This document shows positions 11,066 through 20,651 of a DNA stretch of 64,000 nt, one piece after another. Position 1 is the first letter of the stretch; every line of letters begins with the position of its first letter. A program made the position numbers and the translations under genes. This DNA comes from an uncultured Nitrososphaerota archaeon (GTDB lineage: Archaea; Thermoproteota; Nitrososphaeria; Nitrososphaerales; CADDZS01), in the NCBI GenBank assembly GCA_963799845.1, contig CAWCYI010000004.1, positions 832,001 through 896,000 of the forward strand. The letters are read 5' to 3'. The notes below the pieces were generated by a model. That model saw nothing but the letters and a program-made list of their open reading frames with translations, was not told the origin of the DNA and ran no database searches.

Positions 11066-11412
11066 AGAACGTGCGCGTATTGACACACACGCCGTCTGTC
11101 AATATACATGTGAATCCCACGAGCCTCTGAGACTCGCAATTCCTGTTAGTTTTTGGATAACTGGATGTTCCGCGAGCCAACGTGGTCGATGTACTCGCCG
11201 TAAGATGAGTTCGAGTTGTTGTTATGGGGATTGTGACGCCGAAAGGGGATAGACAATTCCGTCCCCTATCCTGGGCGTCGTCCCGCAGACTCCCGTAGTT
11301 ACAGCGGATAGCGCACGTCTTACTCAAGAGATCACACGGCTCAAAATCTGGGCAGGAGGTCAAGTTTCGAAAGCTCGACCACGTTCTGTAATGAGCTTAC
11401 TTCCAGCTCCTC
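11066..11412 (+). ncRNA. Candidate structured non-coding RNA or non-autonomous element
   Basis: Nested complementary segments: 11078-85/11097-104, 11179-89/11375-85 (perfect 11 bp), 11200-07/11316-23, 11221-28/11292-99, 11235-40/11274-79, 11244-50/11261-67. Many G-U pairs on the + strand; no convincing ORF. Confidence 0.5.
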
Positions 11413-11430
11413 CTATGAGAGACCATATAC

Positions 11431-11462
11431 AAAAAAGAAAGGAATGCGGGTGGTTAACCCGC
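11431..11462 (-). terminator. Hairpin plus T-tract terminator
   Basis: Minus strand reads GCGGGT-TAACC-ACCCGC then ATTCCTTTCTTTTTT, just after the stop at 11470. Confidence 0.7.
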
Positions 11463-11469
11463 TTATTTT

Positions 11470-13651
11470 TTAGGGCACGACGAAGTTAATTGAGGTCCCC
11501 CAGTTAGCCATCTGGCCTCTCGTTCCACCGCAGGTTGGGTCAATAGCGAACGCGGCGGGCGAACAGTTCGGGTACTGGATATAGTTGGTGGCGAAGTAGA
11601 TCTTGTCTCCCGAGGCAATTGCCCAGCTGTAATCTCCCCAGCGGGGGCGATATGAAGCTGAAGCGCCAGGGCACATCGCGGTTGGACTCGCCGTATTAAG
11701 GCACTGGTACTCGGTAAACCCATCCTGAGGTGACTGACCCAGGTCTGCGATGTTTATCACTCTTCCAGTAAGGCCACCCGAGGTACTTGTTAGGCGACCG
11801 TACACCGTACTAGGATAGTAGTTGTGGCCCGATAGCGTGAAGGTAATTATGGCTCCATTATTCCCGCCGTCCTGTGATGGAGACCCGGTCGCGGCCATCG
11901 CTGGGAATTCCAAATCCTCGTGCATAGCTGTTACGTACGCCTGGCTCGTTAGGCTGAAGACTCCACTTGAGTCGAAAGAGCTTGTGCCTATGACCCAGTA
12001 AGCGGCTCCCATGTGGTTTTCCGGCGATCCAGAAATGAACGTTTGCTCCACCTGAGTGCTTATTGCGCTCCAAATCTGACCCTGTGCGTAAGAGGCTTGA
12101 GTAGCCCCGTCACCGTTAGTCGCGATTCCTCCTTCAGGGCAAGTACTTGAGCAACCCTGGTCGTTCCCGCCGGGTGCGTCCTTACTGAAACCCACCGGAT
12201 AATTACTTGTGCCTAGAGGTATTGGCCCGCTTTTCTGCGTAGCAAGAAATCCCAGATTGTAGTACGATAGCACGCCGGAGAATAGCTGACCGCCGAAACC
12301 TATGCCCGAGCAAGTTATGCAGAAAAGGCTATTCAGGTTGATAAGGCCTGTCCAGTCGAATACTGCGATCCGGTTGTCCCCAGCGCCGACAAAGTCGAGC
12401 GATGCGAACATGAATCCGGAGCCTCCGTGGCTTTTGTCGTACTGTGATGGGTCGGATGACTGTGCTGGAATTACCTGGTACCAGCAATCAACTCCGCCAC
12501 TAGCAGCACAGCTTCCGTCTGGTGTTGGGAAGTAACCCATGTTCTCGATAGCGACGTTGAAGGAGGGACTAGCAACCGGTAGGCCCAGTTCCAACGCTGA
12601 CTTTGTAATCGCGATTTCTTGCGCCCCGTTGAAAAAGCCGCCGCCCAAACCGCCACCGCGCAAGGGGAACTCGTCATAGAACAGTAAGAAGGCGTCTCTG
12701 GTGGTTGCGATCTTTGCAAAGTCATTGAGGAGGTAGGGATAACCCGGCTCTAACGGATTGTAATTGGGGTTGAAGAAGTAGACATAGTAAGAGCCCAGCG
12801 GGTTTGCTGTTACGCTCACAGCAATCCCCTCATAGCAGGCTAAAGCTCCAGCTGAAAAGCAACCGTTTGGTGCAAAGGGACCCATCGAGGCCTCAGAACT
12901 TGCTGAAACGATCTCCGTAATGAACCAGTGTCCACCGTTGTTGTAATCGAAGAGGCATGAGGGGTCGCCGCCGCTGCTCCATGGTCCTCCCATTTTGGCA
13001 GGGATGCTTGTGAGACCCATCAGCGCGTCAAGGGAAATAGCGGGTCTTGCGTTGTTCAAGGCGGGGTTGAAAACCATAATCTCCCCTTGGTTGTTAGTCT
13101 CCATAACGAACCCGTTACCAGCACACAGGCCTTGGTCTGCGGGTTCAACGTTCCCGACAACCGGGAAAAGATTGAGGTCGTTTAGTGCGTTCAAACCTTT
13201 CACGCCCTTCGCACCGCCGGAAGATCCACTAACGGTGTCGCAACCCGCACCCGGGCAACTGACTACTGGAGGGGGATCCGCGGCAGGACTAGCCTGCAAA
13301 TTGGAATTTGCAGATGTGACTTGTTTAGGGCTGTAGTAAGGAACCACATGATTTGGTCCGGAGACGGTTAACTGGTTTGAAATAACCGGGCTCGCCGCGG
13401 GTGCGGCAGTCGCCCTGAAGGGGCCGAAGGGCCCAGTTAGAACAGTACCTGGCCGGACCAAAAGTTAGTCCGGTATTTCCTGGTAAAGTGGTTGGAGTAA
13501 TAATGCTAGGAGCGGCTGATGGGGAGCTCGTCAAGATCGAATAGGCTGTGACAGGAAGGGCCCCGCTAACCAGCATAAGCGCCAGCAACGCGATTGACAC
13601 GATTAAGATTCTTTTCGGATATTTTACGAGAAAAGTCCCAATTCGATTCAT
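11470..13651 (-). CDS. Large secreted Gly/Cys-rich protein of unknown function, split by an indel near 13455
   Basis: Signal peptide in ORF 13325..13651 joins the 663-aa ORF; motifs EPADQGLCAGNG, GDPSCLFD, PRWGDYS. Confidence 0.75.
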
Positions 13652-13706
13652 GAGTCGAGAGGGCGAGAGCGCTGAGTAAATAAGTCTTCAGAAAAACCGG
13701 GAACTA

Positions 13707-14744
13707 TGTTTTTTCCAGAAATCATTTCGCATCTGTCAGGAGACCTCCATAGACAAAGGATATTCAAGAGCATCTAACTGCGGCATCTTCTCGTAGTAAG
13801 CCTGGGTTGGCGTCTTGAGGTCAAGGGCTCCATGAGGCCTCACTTCATTGTACCACTTCATGAACTCATCTATCGAGGAGAACCACTTGATCTTACTCTC
13901 GAATATGTCGAAGAACTTCTCGATCTTGCCGTTCGTCTGGGGGTGGTTGACTCTTCCGAGGATGAATCTTATCTTGTGCTTCAAGAGACACCTCTCGAAT
14001 TCTGTCATCCCCTTCTCCCTCCTCTCAGATTCCATCGTGTAAAATGTGGTTCCGTGGTCGGATAGGATCGATGCAGGTTTGCCGTGTTCCTTCATGGCGC
14101 TCTCAAGACAGGAAACAGAGTACTCCGAGGTCAGCGTTTCATGGACCCCAAATCCGGTAATGAGACGAGAAGCATCATCCTCATAGCAGGTGAGCCACTT
14201 GCCCTTCCACCTCGGATCCTTTACCTCGTGCCAGTCCGTATGCCATAATGAATTCGAGTGTTCCCTCTCGTATCTGACCCACTTCCTCCTTATCCACTTC
14301 TTCCTAGAGTTTGACGCAAAGGAGTTCATCAGGAGCACCCTGTGTATCCTGTTGTGGTTGATGTGAATCTTGCTATCGCACTCGATCTTTCGTTCAAGGT
14401 AGAGGGCGTTTGCCCTATATCTCTGATAAGCATCAATGACGAGTGAAGTTTCCTCGTCGGTAATTGGAATGCTTTTCCTTCCTGGTTTCTTGAGGAGGAG
14501 AGGCACACCCCCACCTTTCCTATGCTGGGCAAGTATCTGCTCAACCCTCCTCTTTGACACCCCGAGCTGGAGAGCAATGTTTGCGCAGGTCTCGCCCCTT
14601 TCTCTCAGCTCTGAAGAGGTAACTGATCTTGTCGCTATCAAGCTTCGCGGGCACATGTTTCTCGTAACGCTTTGTTACGCTCTTCCAAAACTCTCCCAGT
14701 CTACTCCTGTTTACCAGCTTGCGAAATAATTGTTGGAAAAGAGA
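13707..14744 (-). mobile_element. IS481-family insertion sequence (1038 bp)
   Basis: 25-bp terminal inverted repeats with 20/25 identity, left end TGT, flanked by the direct repeat AAAAACCGGGAACTA at 13692-13706 and 14745-14759. Confidence 0.9.
13736..14656 (-). CDS. IS481-family DDE transposase (probable +1 indel near 14611)
   Basis: N-terminal HTH and rve core: LWHTDW, DDASR, ILSDHG, HPQTNGKIEKF, YNEVRPH. An alternative frame gives a more typical start PAKLDSDKISYLFR. Confidence 0.9.
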   Translation of the reverse strand: MCPRSLIATRSVTSSELRERGETCANIALQLGVSKRRVEQILAQHRKGGGVPLLLKKPGRKSIPITDEETSLVIDAYQRYRANALYLERKIECDSKIHINHNRIHRVLLMNSFASNSRKKWIRRKWVRYEREHSNSLWHTDWHEVKDPRWKGKWLTCYEDDASRLITGFGVHETLTSEYSVSCLESAMKEHGKPASILSDHGTTFYTMESERREKGMTEFERCLLKHKIRFILGRVNHPQTNGKIEKFFDIFESKIKWFSSIDEFMKWYNEVRPHGALDLKTPTQAYYEKMPQLDALEYPLSMEVS

Positions 14745-14768
14745 AAAAACCGGGAACTAGAATGAAAT

Positions 14769-14787
14769 TATATCGGTGTCCGATATA
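14769..14787. promoter_or_regulatory. Palindrome TATATCGG-TGT-CCGATATA, putative operator
   Basis: Perfect 8-bp arms; same core as 2432..2450. Confidence 0.5.
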
Positions 14788-15097
14788 GATCTCGTTTTTC
14801 TTTAAATAAGATTCCACTTTTTGTTATTCGTTGGGACAATCGAGACGGTTCTCATGATAACCGGCCTGATCTTCGGGAAGAAGACGAGTATTTCACCATC
14901 GATTGACTGTATTCGCGAGCATCCATTTACTTGGTTTTTCGCATGAATCAGCTAAGTATATAGCAAATACTGCAAAAAAAAATTACGCCATTTTTTTGAT
15001 GACCGACCGCCTAATATCTTGAAATCCCGAATATGTTAGGGCGAAAAGATAATATTCGGCTCGATTATGGCTGAATCATTTATTCCTCGGGGGAATC

Positions 15098-15367
15098 TTG
15101 AAGCAAATGTTAACCGAACTCGGTCCTGACGATTGGCGAATATTGGAGTTTCACAAAGACAAGCAAGGTGTTCCTTCTTTGCGAATCCAGAAAGAATTGT
15201 CAATTGATCATCGAAAGGTTGTTGAGTCTTTGCATAATTTACATTCCGAGGGGCTTGTTTATTTCAAAGGTCATTCACTCGCAGGGAATATCGAAAATAT
15301 CGTATCCAAAATTACTGAAAAGGGGCATACGGCATTGAAGGAAAAACAAACGCTGGCAAATAATTGA
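15098..15367 (+). CDS. Small winged-helix protein
   Basis: DWRILEF...IQKELSIDHRKVVESLHNLHSEGLV...ITEKG. Confidence 0.65.
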   Translation: MKQMLTELGPDDWRILEFHKDKQGVPSLRIQKELSIDHRKVVESLHNLHSEGLVYFKGHSLAGNIENIVSKITEKGHTALKEKQTLANN

Positions 15368-15433
15368 TGTACAAGATCCGATCTGAGTGGTCGGCACTTC
15401 TCGGTCTCTCCAAAGGCAGGGCAGAGGCGTCGT

Positions 15434-15677
15434 TCACGTGGTTTTGAGGATGGTTCTCTTCCTTGATTGTTTTACCGCGCGCACCCATTGCTCCTTTGTC
15501 ACCCCGCGCATCTCGCGTTTGATCTCTTCGATCGCTTCTTTGGTTCTCTTCTCCTTCTGCACTCTGATCGCCTTTTCCAACCCGTCTTCAACAACATCCC
15601 GCACAGCGACGCCCAGGCGCGATGCTTCCTTTGTTCTCTCCCTGCTTTACTCTGACGGAGAGGATATCCGTGTTCAT
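15434..15677 (-). CDS. Orphan archaeal VapB-type antitoxin (+1 indel in an AAA run near 15647; absent from the ORF track)
   Basis: Removing one A gives MNTDILSVRVSRERTKEASRLGVAVRDVVEDGLEKAIRVQKEKRTKEAIEEIKREMRGVTKEQWVRAVKQSR...*. Confidence 0.65.
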
Positions 15678-15932
15678 TGCTGTGTTTACAAGATTCGATT
15701 GCATACGTATCAGAGTTTACTATTCAATGATGGATGCACCCATTTGGGCTACTCGCCGGTGTATTTACAAAAGTGATCATTATTTGTCAGACGATAAACT
15801 CTTCGAGCTCGAAGCTCGCTGGGCTGCGGTTATCGTGGATGAGCTTTTCCAAATTATTCTTGGATTTAGGGATCAAAACAAAAGAGAAAAAAAGAGAGGG
15901 ATGGACGCAGACTTTCATCTGCTGTCCTAAAT

Positions 15933-16985
15933 CTACTGAGACGTTACTGTTGCAGTGATGGTTCCAGAGAACGTTACGGATGGAGCTGGCCATGTTACTG
16001 AGTAGCTTCCCATGATTGAGGTGCCACTCATCCAGCTGGATGTCGAGCTGCTAGAGCCCTGCATCGTGAACGAGCCAGTTGAAGTGAGTCCTGTCTCGGT
16101 GCAAGTTCCTTCTGGTAGTCCGGCTAGTGCAGAGCAGTCAAAACTTCCCGCTGTTGGAACGGTGGAAGTTCCGGTGTAGTAGCCGTTTGCGTCAAGCGAG
16201 CTCGGAGACATGTTCTGAAATGCGACTGTGCCGAATTCCTGTTCGTTACCCGTAACGAAGTTCTCGCGTGCGTTCGCTACCTGAGAGAAGGAGCCCGAAG
16301 CCGTCTGTCCGTTCAGTGTACCTGAGACAGTTCCGACGAGCTGGACGTTGCTCCAAGTTGCAGTTCCGCTTTGATAGCCTGCAATGACGTTGATAGAACC
16401 ATCAGTTGAGCTGATTGCTATTGGTGCACCCCAAGGGTTTAGAATTGGAGATTCAATGAGGAGAGTTGCCTGACCAGTGGTCGTGGTTGAACCCAGAGTC
16501 TCTGTCGTAGAAACCATTGCTACGAAGAATCCGGGGATCGCACTTGTGTCAGTTGTCGGGCAGTTCCCGTTCGCATCTGGCGAAGCATAGCTGGGGAAGC
16601 AAATTGATGGGATCATGCCCACAATTTGACCATTTGCATTGAAGCTGATAGACTGTCCATCTGTGGTCGTGCCGGTCAGTGATAGTCGAAAGTTGCCGGT
16701 TGCAGATAGGCCGTTGGACGAAGCGTCCATGTTGTAGTGGATGGTAGCTCCTGGTGGAACTTGCTCCGGACCAAACTGAGCTCCGTAGAGGGTCCCTCCA
16801 GAAAGTGACCATCTCTGGTTACCAGCGCTGGAGATTACTCCTTGGATGCCAAGGGAGAGCTGTTGACTTGAGTGTTTGCCGGATGATTGTATTGAACTTG
16901 GTGTCGTTGCATGAGTTACTAACAAGCCGCTGCTGGAAAGCAGTACGACTGCAAGTAACGTGATCGCCGCTGTTAGTGTTTTCAA
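15933..16985 (-). CDS. Secreted Ser/Thr/Gly-rich beta protein
   Basis: Signal peptide MKTLTAAITLLAVV; 350 aa; two Cys pairs. Confidence 0.75.
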   Translation of the reverse strand: MKTLTAAITLLAVVLLSSSGLLVTHATTPSSIQSSGKHSSQQLSLGIQGVISSAGNQRWSLSGGTLYGAQFGPEQVPPGATIHYNMDASSNGLSATGNFRLSLTGTTTDGQSISFNANGQIVGMIPSICFPSYASPDANGNCPTTDTSAIPGFFVAMVSTTETLGSTTTTGQATLLIESPILNPWGAPIAISSTDGSINVIAGYQSGTATWSNVQLVGTVSGTLNGQTASGSFSQVANARENFVTGNEQEFGTVAFQNMSPSSLDANGYYTGTSTVPTAGSFDCSALAGLPEGTCTETGLTSTGSFTMQGSSSSTSSWMSGTSIMGSYSVTWPAPSVTFSGTITATVTSQ

Positions 16986-17764
16986 TTGTTTTCGTACCTA
17001 CGAGGGATAAAATCGTTCGGGAAGGAGTTATCTATTATAGCCGATTTACAGAAGTATGAGGATTGTGTTTACAGATTAATACGTATTCAGAAAAGCGATA
17101 CGTCCTAAATAATTAATAATTCTCTATTTTTGGAGAATCCAGCTGATCATAATATCCCCTGCAGATTAGTAAACTAAAGGGTAATGACCTAAAGAAATCA
17201 GAATTTTTTTCCTAAACTGGGATGCGATGAGTTTCTAGTATCCTCCGGCGCTTCGAGGTCTCTGCTGTGTGAGATATTTTCTGAAGAAACCATAGGGAGA
17301 AGGTTCCCTCGTTGTTGTTTGACTGCGACCAGATGGCATGCTCTAAATAGTAGTAATGATTCCTTTCATCATTTTCTTTGTTATGGTTGCCATCGGAGAT
17401 GTATCACTACAGATTGATAAGATTTTGATTTTGGTTTCAAATGTAGTGATAACATTCTCTTAGCAAAAGCTAAAAATCGGTTCAGCCCCTTCCAGATTGC
17501 TCGGGTCTCTCTCTATTGTCGGTAATTTGCAAGAGTCCTGTGAATTTTTTTCGCGGACACACCTGAGTCACACGGAATCTTGGATAAGGAAAAGACATCT
17601 CTTCTATTAAGCTGTCAAATCTAAAGTCTGGTTGGTGGAGACAGCGACCAAGATAAGGCGGATTACAAGGAGATTATGACAGCTCCCCGAAAATAATTTT
17701 GGGACAGGGCCGAACAAACCATCAATTATTTATGATAACAGTTATCAACAATATATGGCGAGAA

Positions 17765-18091
17765 ATGCCCTCAAGCTATAATCTTCCGGAACTAATGAAG
17801 AAAGAGATAGACGCTCTAGTGAAGGCCGGATACTATTCGAGCAAGTCGGACGTCGTGAAGGACGCCATGAGGACATTCTTGGGAACGAAGAGGAACCTGA
17901 GACTCGCCGCAGCTGTCGAGCTCTACAAACGGGGAGAAATCTCCCTCGGCAAGGGAGCGGAGATAGCGGACACCGGAATCGTCGAATTCAAGGAGAGGCT
18001 AGCTGAACTCGGAATAACACGTGAAATAAAGTCCGAGAGTGCTAAGAGAATGGATGTAGAGCTAGCCAGGATGCGGCGGAAATATGAATGA
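17765..18091 (+). CDS. UPF0175-family antitoxin with N-terminal RHH
   Basis: LVKAGYYSSKSDVVKDA (RHH) plus AVELYKRGEISLGKGAEIA (UPF0175). Confidence 0.8.
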   Translation: MPSSYNLPELMKKEIDALVKAGYYSSKSDVVKDAMRTFLGTKRNLRLAAAVELYKRGEISLGKGAEIADTGIVEFKERLAELGITREIKSESAKRMDVELARMRRKYE

Positions 18092-18542
18092 AAGTCGTGT
18101 TGGACACCGATATTCTGAGCACCTTTGCAAAAGTCAACAGGCTTGACGTCCTGAACAAATTATTCGACAAAGCCATCGTGTCTCCGTCAGTATCTCAGAA
18201 CTGAGGAAGGCCGAAATAGAAGCCGACGATCTGAATTCAGAAGTTGCTAGGCTGACGCGGGATGAGCTCTTGGCACTGAGAGGGATGGACATCAGACTCG
18301 GACGAGGAGAGCGTGAATGTCTTGTGATAGCAAAACATAGGAATCTGCCGATTGCAAGTGGCGACAAAATTGTCTATTCCATCTGCGAGAAAGAAAGCAT
18401 CGGTTATTTCACGCTCCCGAGACTTCTGAGGTTTGCGATCCTGAAGAAGGTGGTCGCCAGAGAGGAAACAAGGCAACTTGTTAAGCTGATCCAGCTTGAG
18501 GAAAGAACTTTGATTGTCGGGAAGGACGAGATTTTCGAATGA
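18088..18542 (+). CDS. PIN-domain toxin (DUF3368-like), split by an indel near 18195
   Basis: ATGA overlap with the antitoxin; MKVVLDTDILSTFAKV..., then LGRGERECLVIAK...IASGD. Confidence 0.8.
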
Positions 18543-18679
18543 TCCATTCCCAGGACTTCATGTACAGGCAACGCGAGCTACTATTAGGTTCGCACTGCGA
18601 CATCTCCAACCACTTTGACAGATTCAATCGCGATTACGTCGGTGGGACCCACTCATATTTCTCGCTTGAGATGAGAGAC

Positions 18680-20321
18680 TCAGCTTTTCGGAACGGCTTT
18701 CCTCATGGTCAATAAAAACACGGAACCCACTATCATTACTACAACCCCTGCGATCATATATGGCAGGAGATTTATGGGGATGATGTCTGTGCCCGAGGAA
18801 TCACTAGCGGTCGTTTCGGTCGTTGAGCTTGCACCCGAAGTCTCTCTACTCCCCGAGGCTGACGAATGCGCAGTAGAGGAGGAGACAGAATCCGATGAAG
18901 AATGGTCGGAGCTAGACTCCGACACGCTAGACGTGGTAGAGTTGAAAGAATCTGAAGAACTGTTCGTCATTGCTATGGACGATGATGAAGATTCAGAATT
19001 TTGAGAGGAAGCAGTGGAAGAAATAGAATCATTTGTAGATGATGAGAAACCACTCGTAGTAGTTGTTGTACCATTCCCTGAGATGAATGAGGAGCTGTCT
19101 GTTGAAGAGGTGTTCCCAGAGCCCGACGACGATGTTGTTTCACTCGTTGAATTGCTTGAAGATGAAGAGGATGTTCCGGTGGTCTGGTTCGTAGTTGTTG
19201 TGATGGATGTAGTGTTAGTTGGACTCGATGTTGTTGTAGACGAGTTCGTCGTAGATGAAAAAGTAGAAGTCGTACTAGTAGATGAAGCACTCGTTGAGGT
19301 AGTTGGGGTGGAGGATGAGGTTGATGTGGGAATAAAACCCGTGGAAACTACTGACACGGTACTCGATCCATAATTCGCAATGTACAGGTAACCATTTGAG
19401 GAGTCATATGCAATTCCGTAAGGGTGGTCGCCCACGCTGAAACTCGTGTAAAGCTGATTCACGTTCGCGTCAATTACCGAGACCGAGTCTGAGTCCCAGT
19501 TGGTGACATAGACGTATCCGTTCAGGGGGCAGAAGGCGATCGCCTCGGGTTCGAGTCCCACACCGATCGTCCCCACAATTTGATTCCCTGCGATTATTGA
19601 AACCGTATTCGACCCATAGTTGGCAACATACATATTCTTGTTCGACGAGTCGTAGGTCATGCCTCCTGGAAATTTTTCTACAGCTGACACTGCCAGAATC
19701 TTCTCCGTTGACGATGACTACCGTACCAGAAGACACTAGGTTCGAAACGTATAGTCCTTCGTTCGAAGGATCAAAAGCGATCCCCCACGGAGCGCTTCCG
19801 GCGGAGACATTTTGGACTACAGTGTTTTTGGTGTCGTCTATTACTGAAACTGAGGCCGAGTCGTAGTTTGTCACGTAAATGTATCCGGTTGAAGAGTCGT
19901 ATGCAACTTGGCTGGGAAGTGTACCAACACCAATAGTCCCGATAACCGAATTATTTGACCCATCTATCACTGACACTTGTTCGCTTTCGCTGTCTGCAAC
20001 GTACAGATTCCCGTTCGAAGGATCGAAGGTGATGCCGTAGGGGCCGGTGCCAACTTTTATCGTCGCGATGACCGAGTTGTCTCTACCGTCGATCACGGAT
20101 ACGGTGTTGGCCCCCCAATTTGCGACGTAGATGTATCCATTCGAGGGATCGTAGGCAACCCCGTAAGGAGAAAGTCCAACAGAGACTGTCGTGTTGCTCA
20201 GTCCCGACGATAGGGGAGCAGCCTTGGAGAAAGCAAGAAAGAATATGGAGAACAACATAGGGAGGAGTATGGCAAGTGATAGATACTTTGACCGAGTGAA
20301 AGACTTCGAATTAGATTGCAC
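18680..20321 (-). CDS. YVTN/YncE beta-propeller surface protein with Ser/Thr stalk and C-terminal TM, split by an indel near 19682
   Basis: Repeated P.GIAYDPSNGYIYVAN...TVSVID units over two frames; signal peptide; TM followed by RK. Confidence 0.85.
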
Positions 20322-20651
20322 TGTACCACGCCCGGAACCTGATCATAATTGGCCCTCAGCTCTTTCTAGAGTGTCCATTCACGTACTATAAGCCTTGTAG
20401 AGCTCATCTATTCTGCCTGTGTATGGATTCCAGATCTTGACCGTCAGATATGTCGGAATCTGCTATAGTTGGGTGATTTGATTATTTTCTTTGACGCCGT
20501 AGCCGACATTTTCTTCCGACGGGATTAGAGAACCATTGATGAAAGATTGTTTAGGGCGATCTCGGTTTACGCCTACTCTGGGAGGGAGGGTATTTCTCGC
20601 GTCTTCTTTAGTATTTTTGGGCTAGCCTGCCTTTGAATCATGTTATTCATT

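Noticed and set aside
11016-11363. 115-aa minus-strand ORF as a real gene
   Set aside because: TTG start, atypical composition and no recognisable motif; the region is better explained by RNA structure.
19547-19559. tRNA-like T-arm GGGTTCGAGTCCC
   Set aside because: It lies inside the YncE coding sequence on the other strand, with no acceptor, D or anticodon arms.
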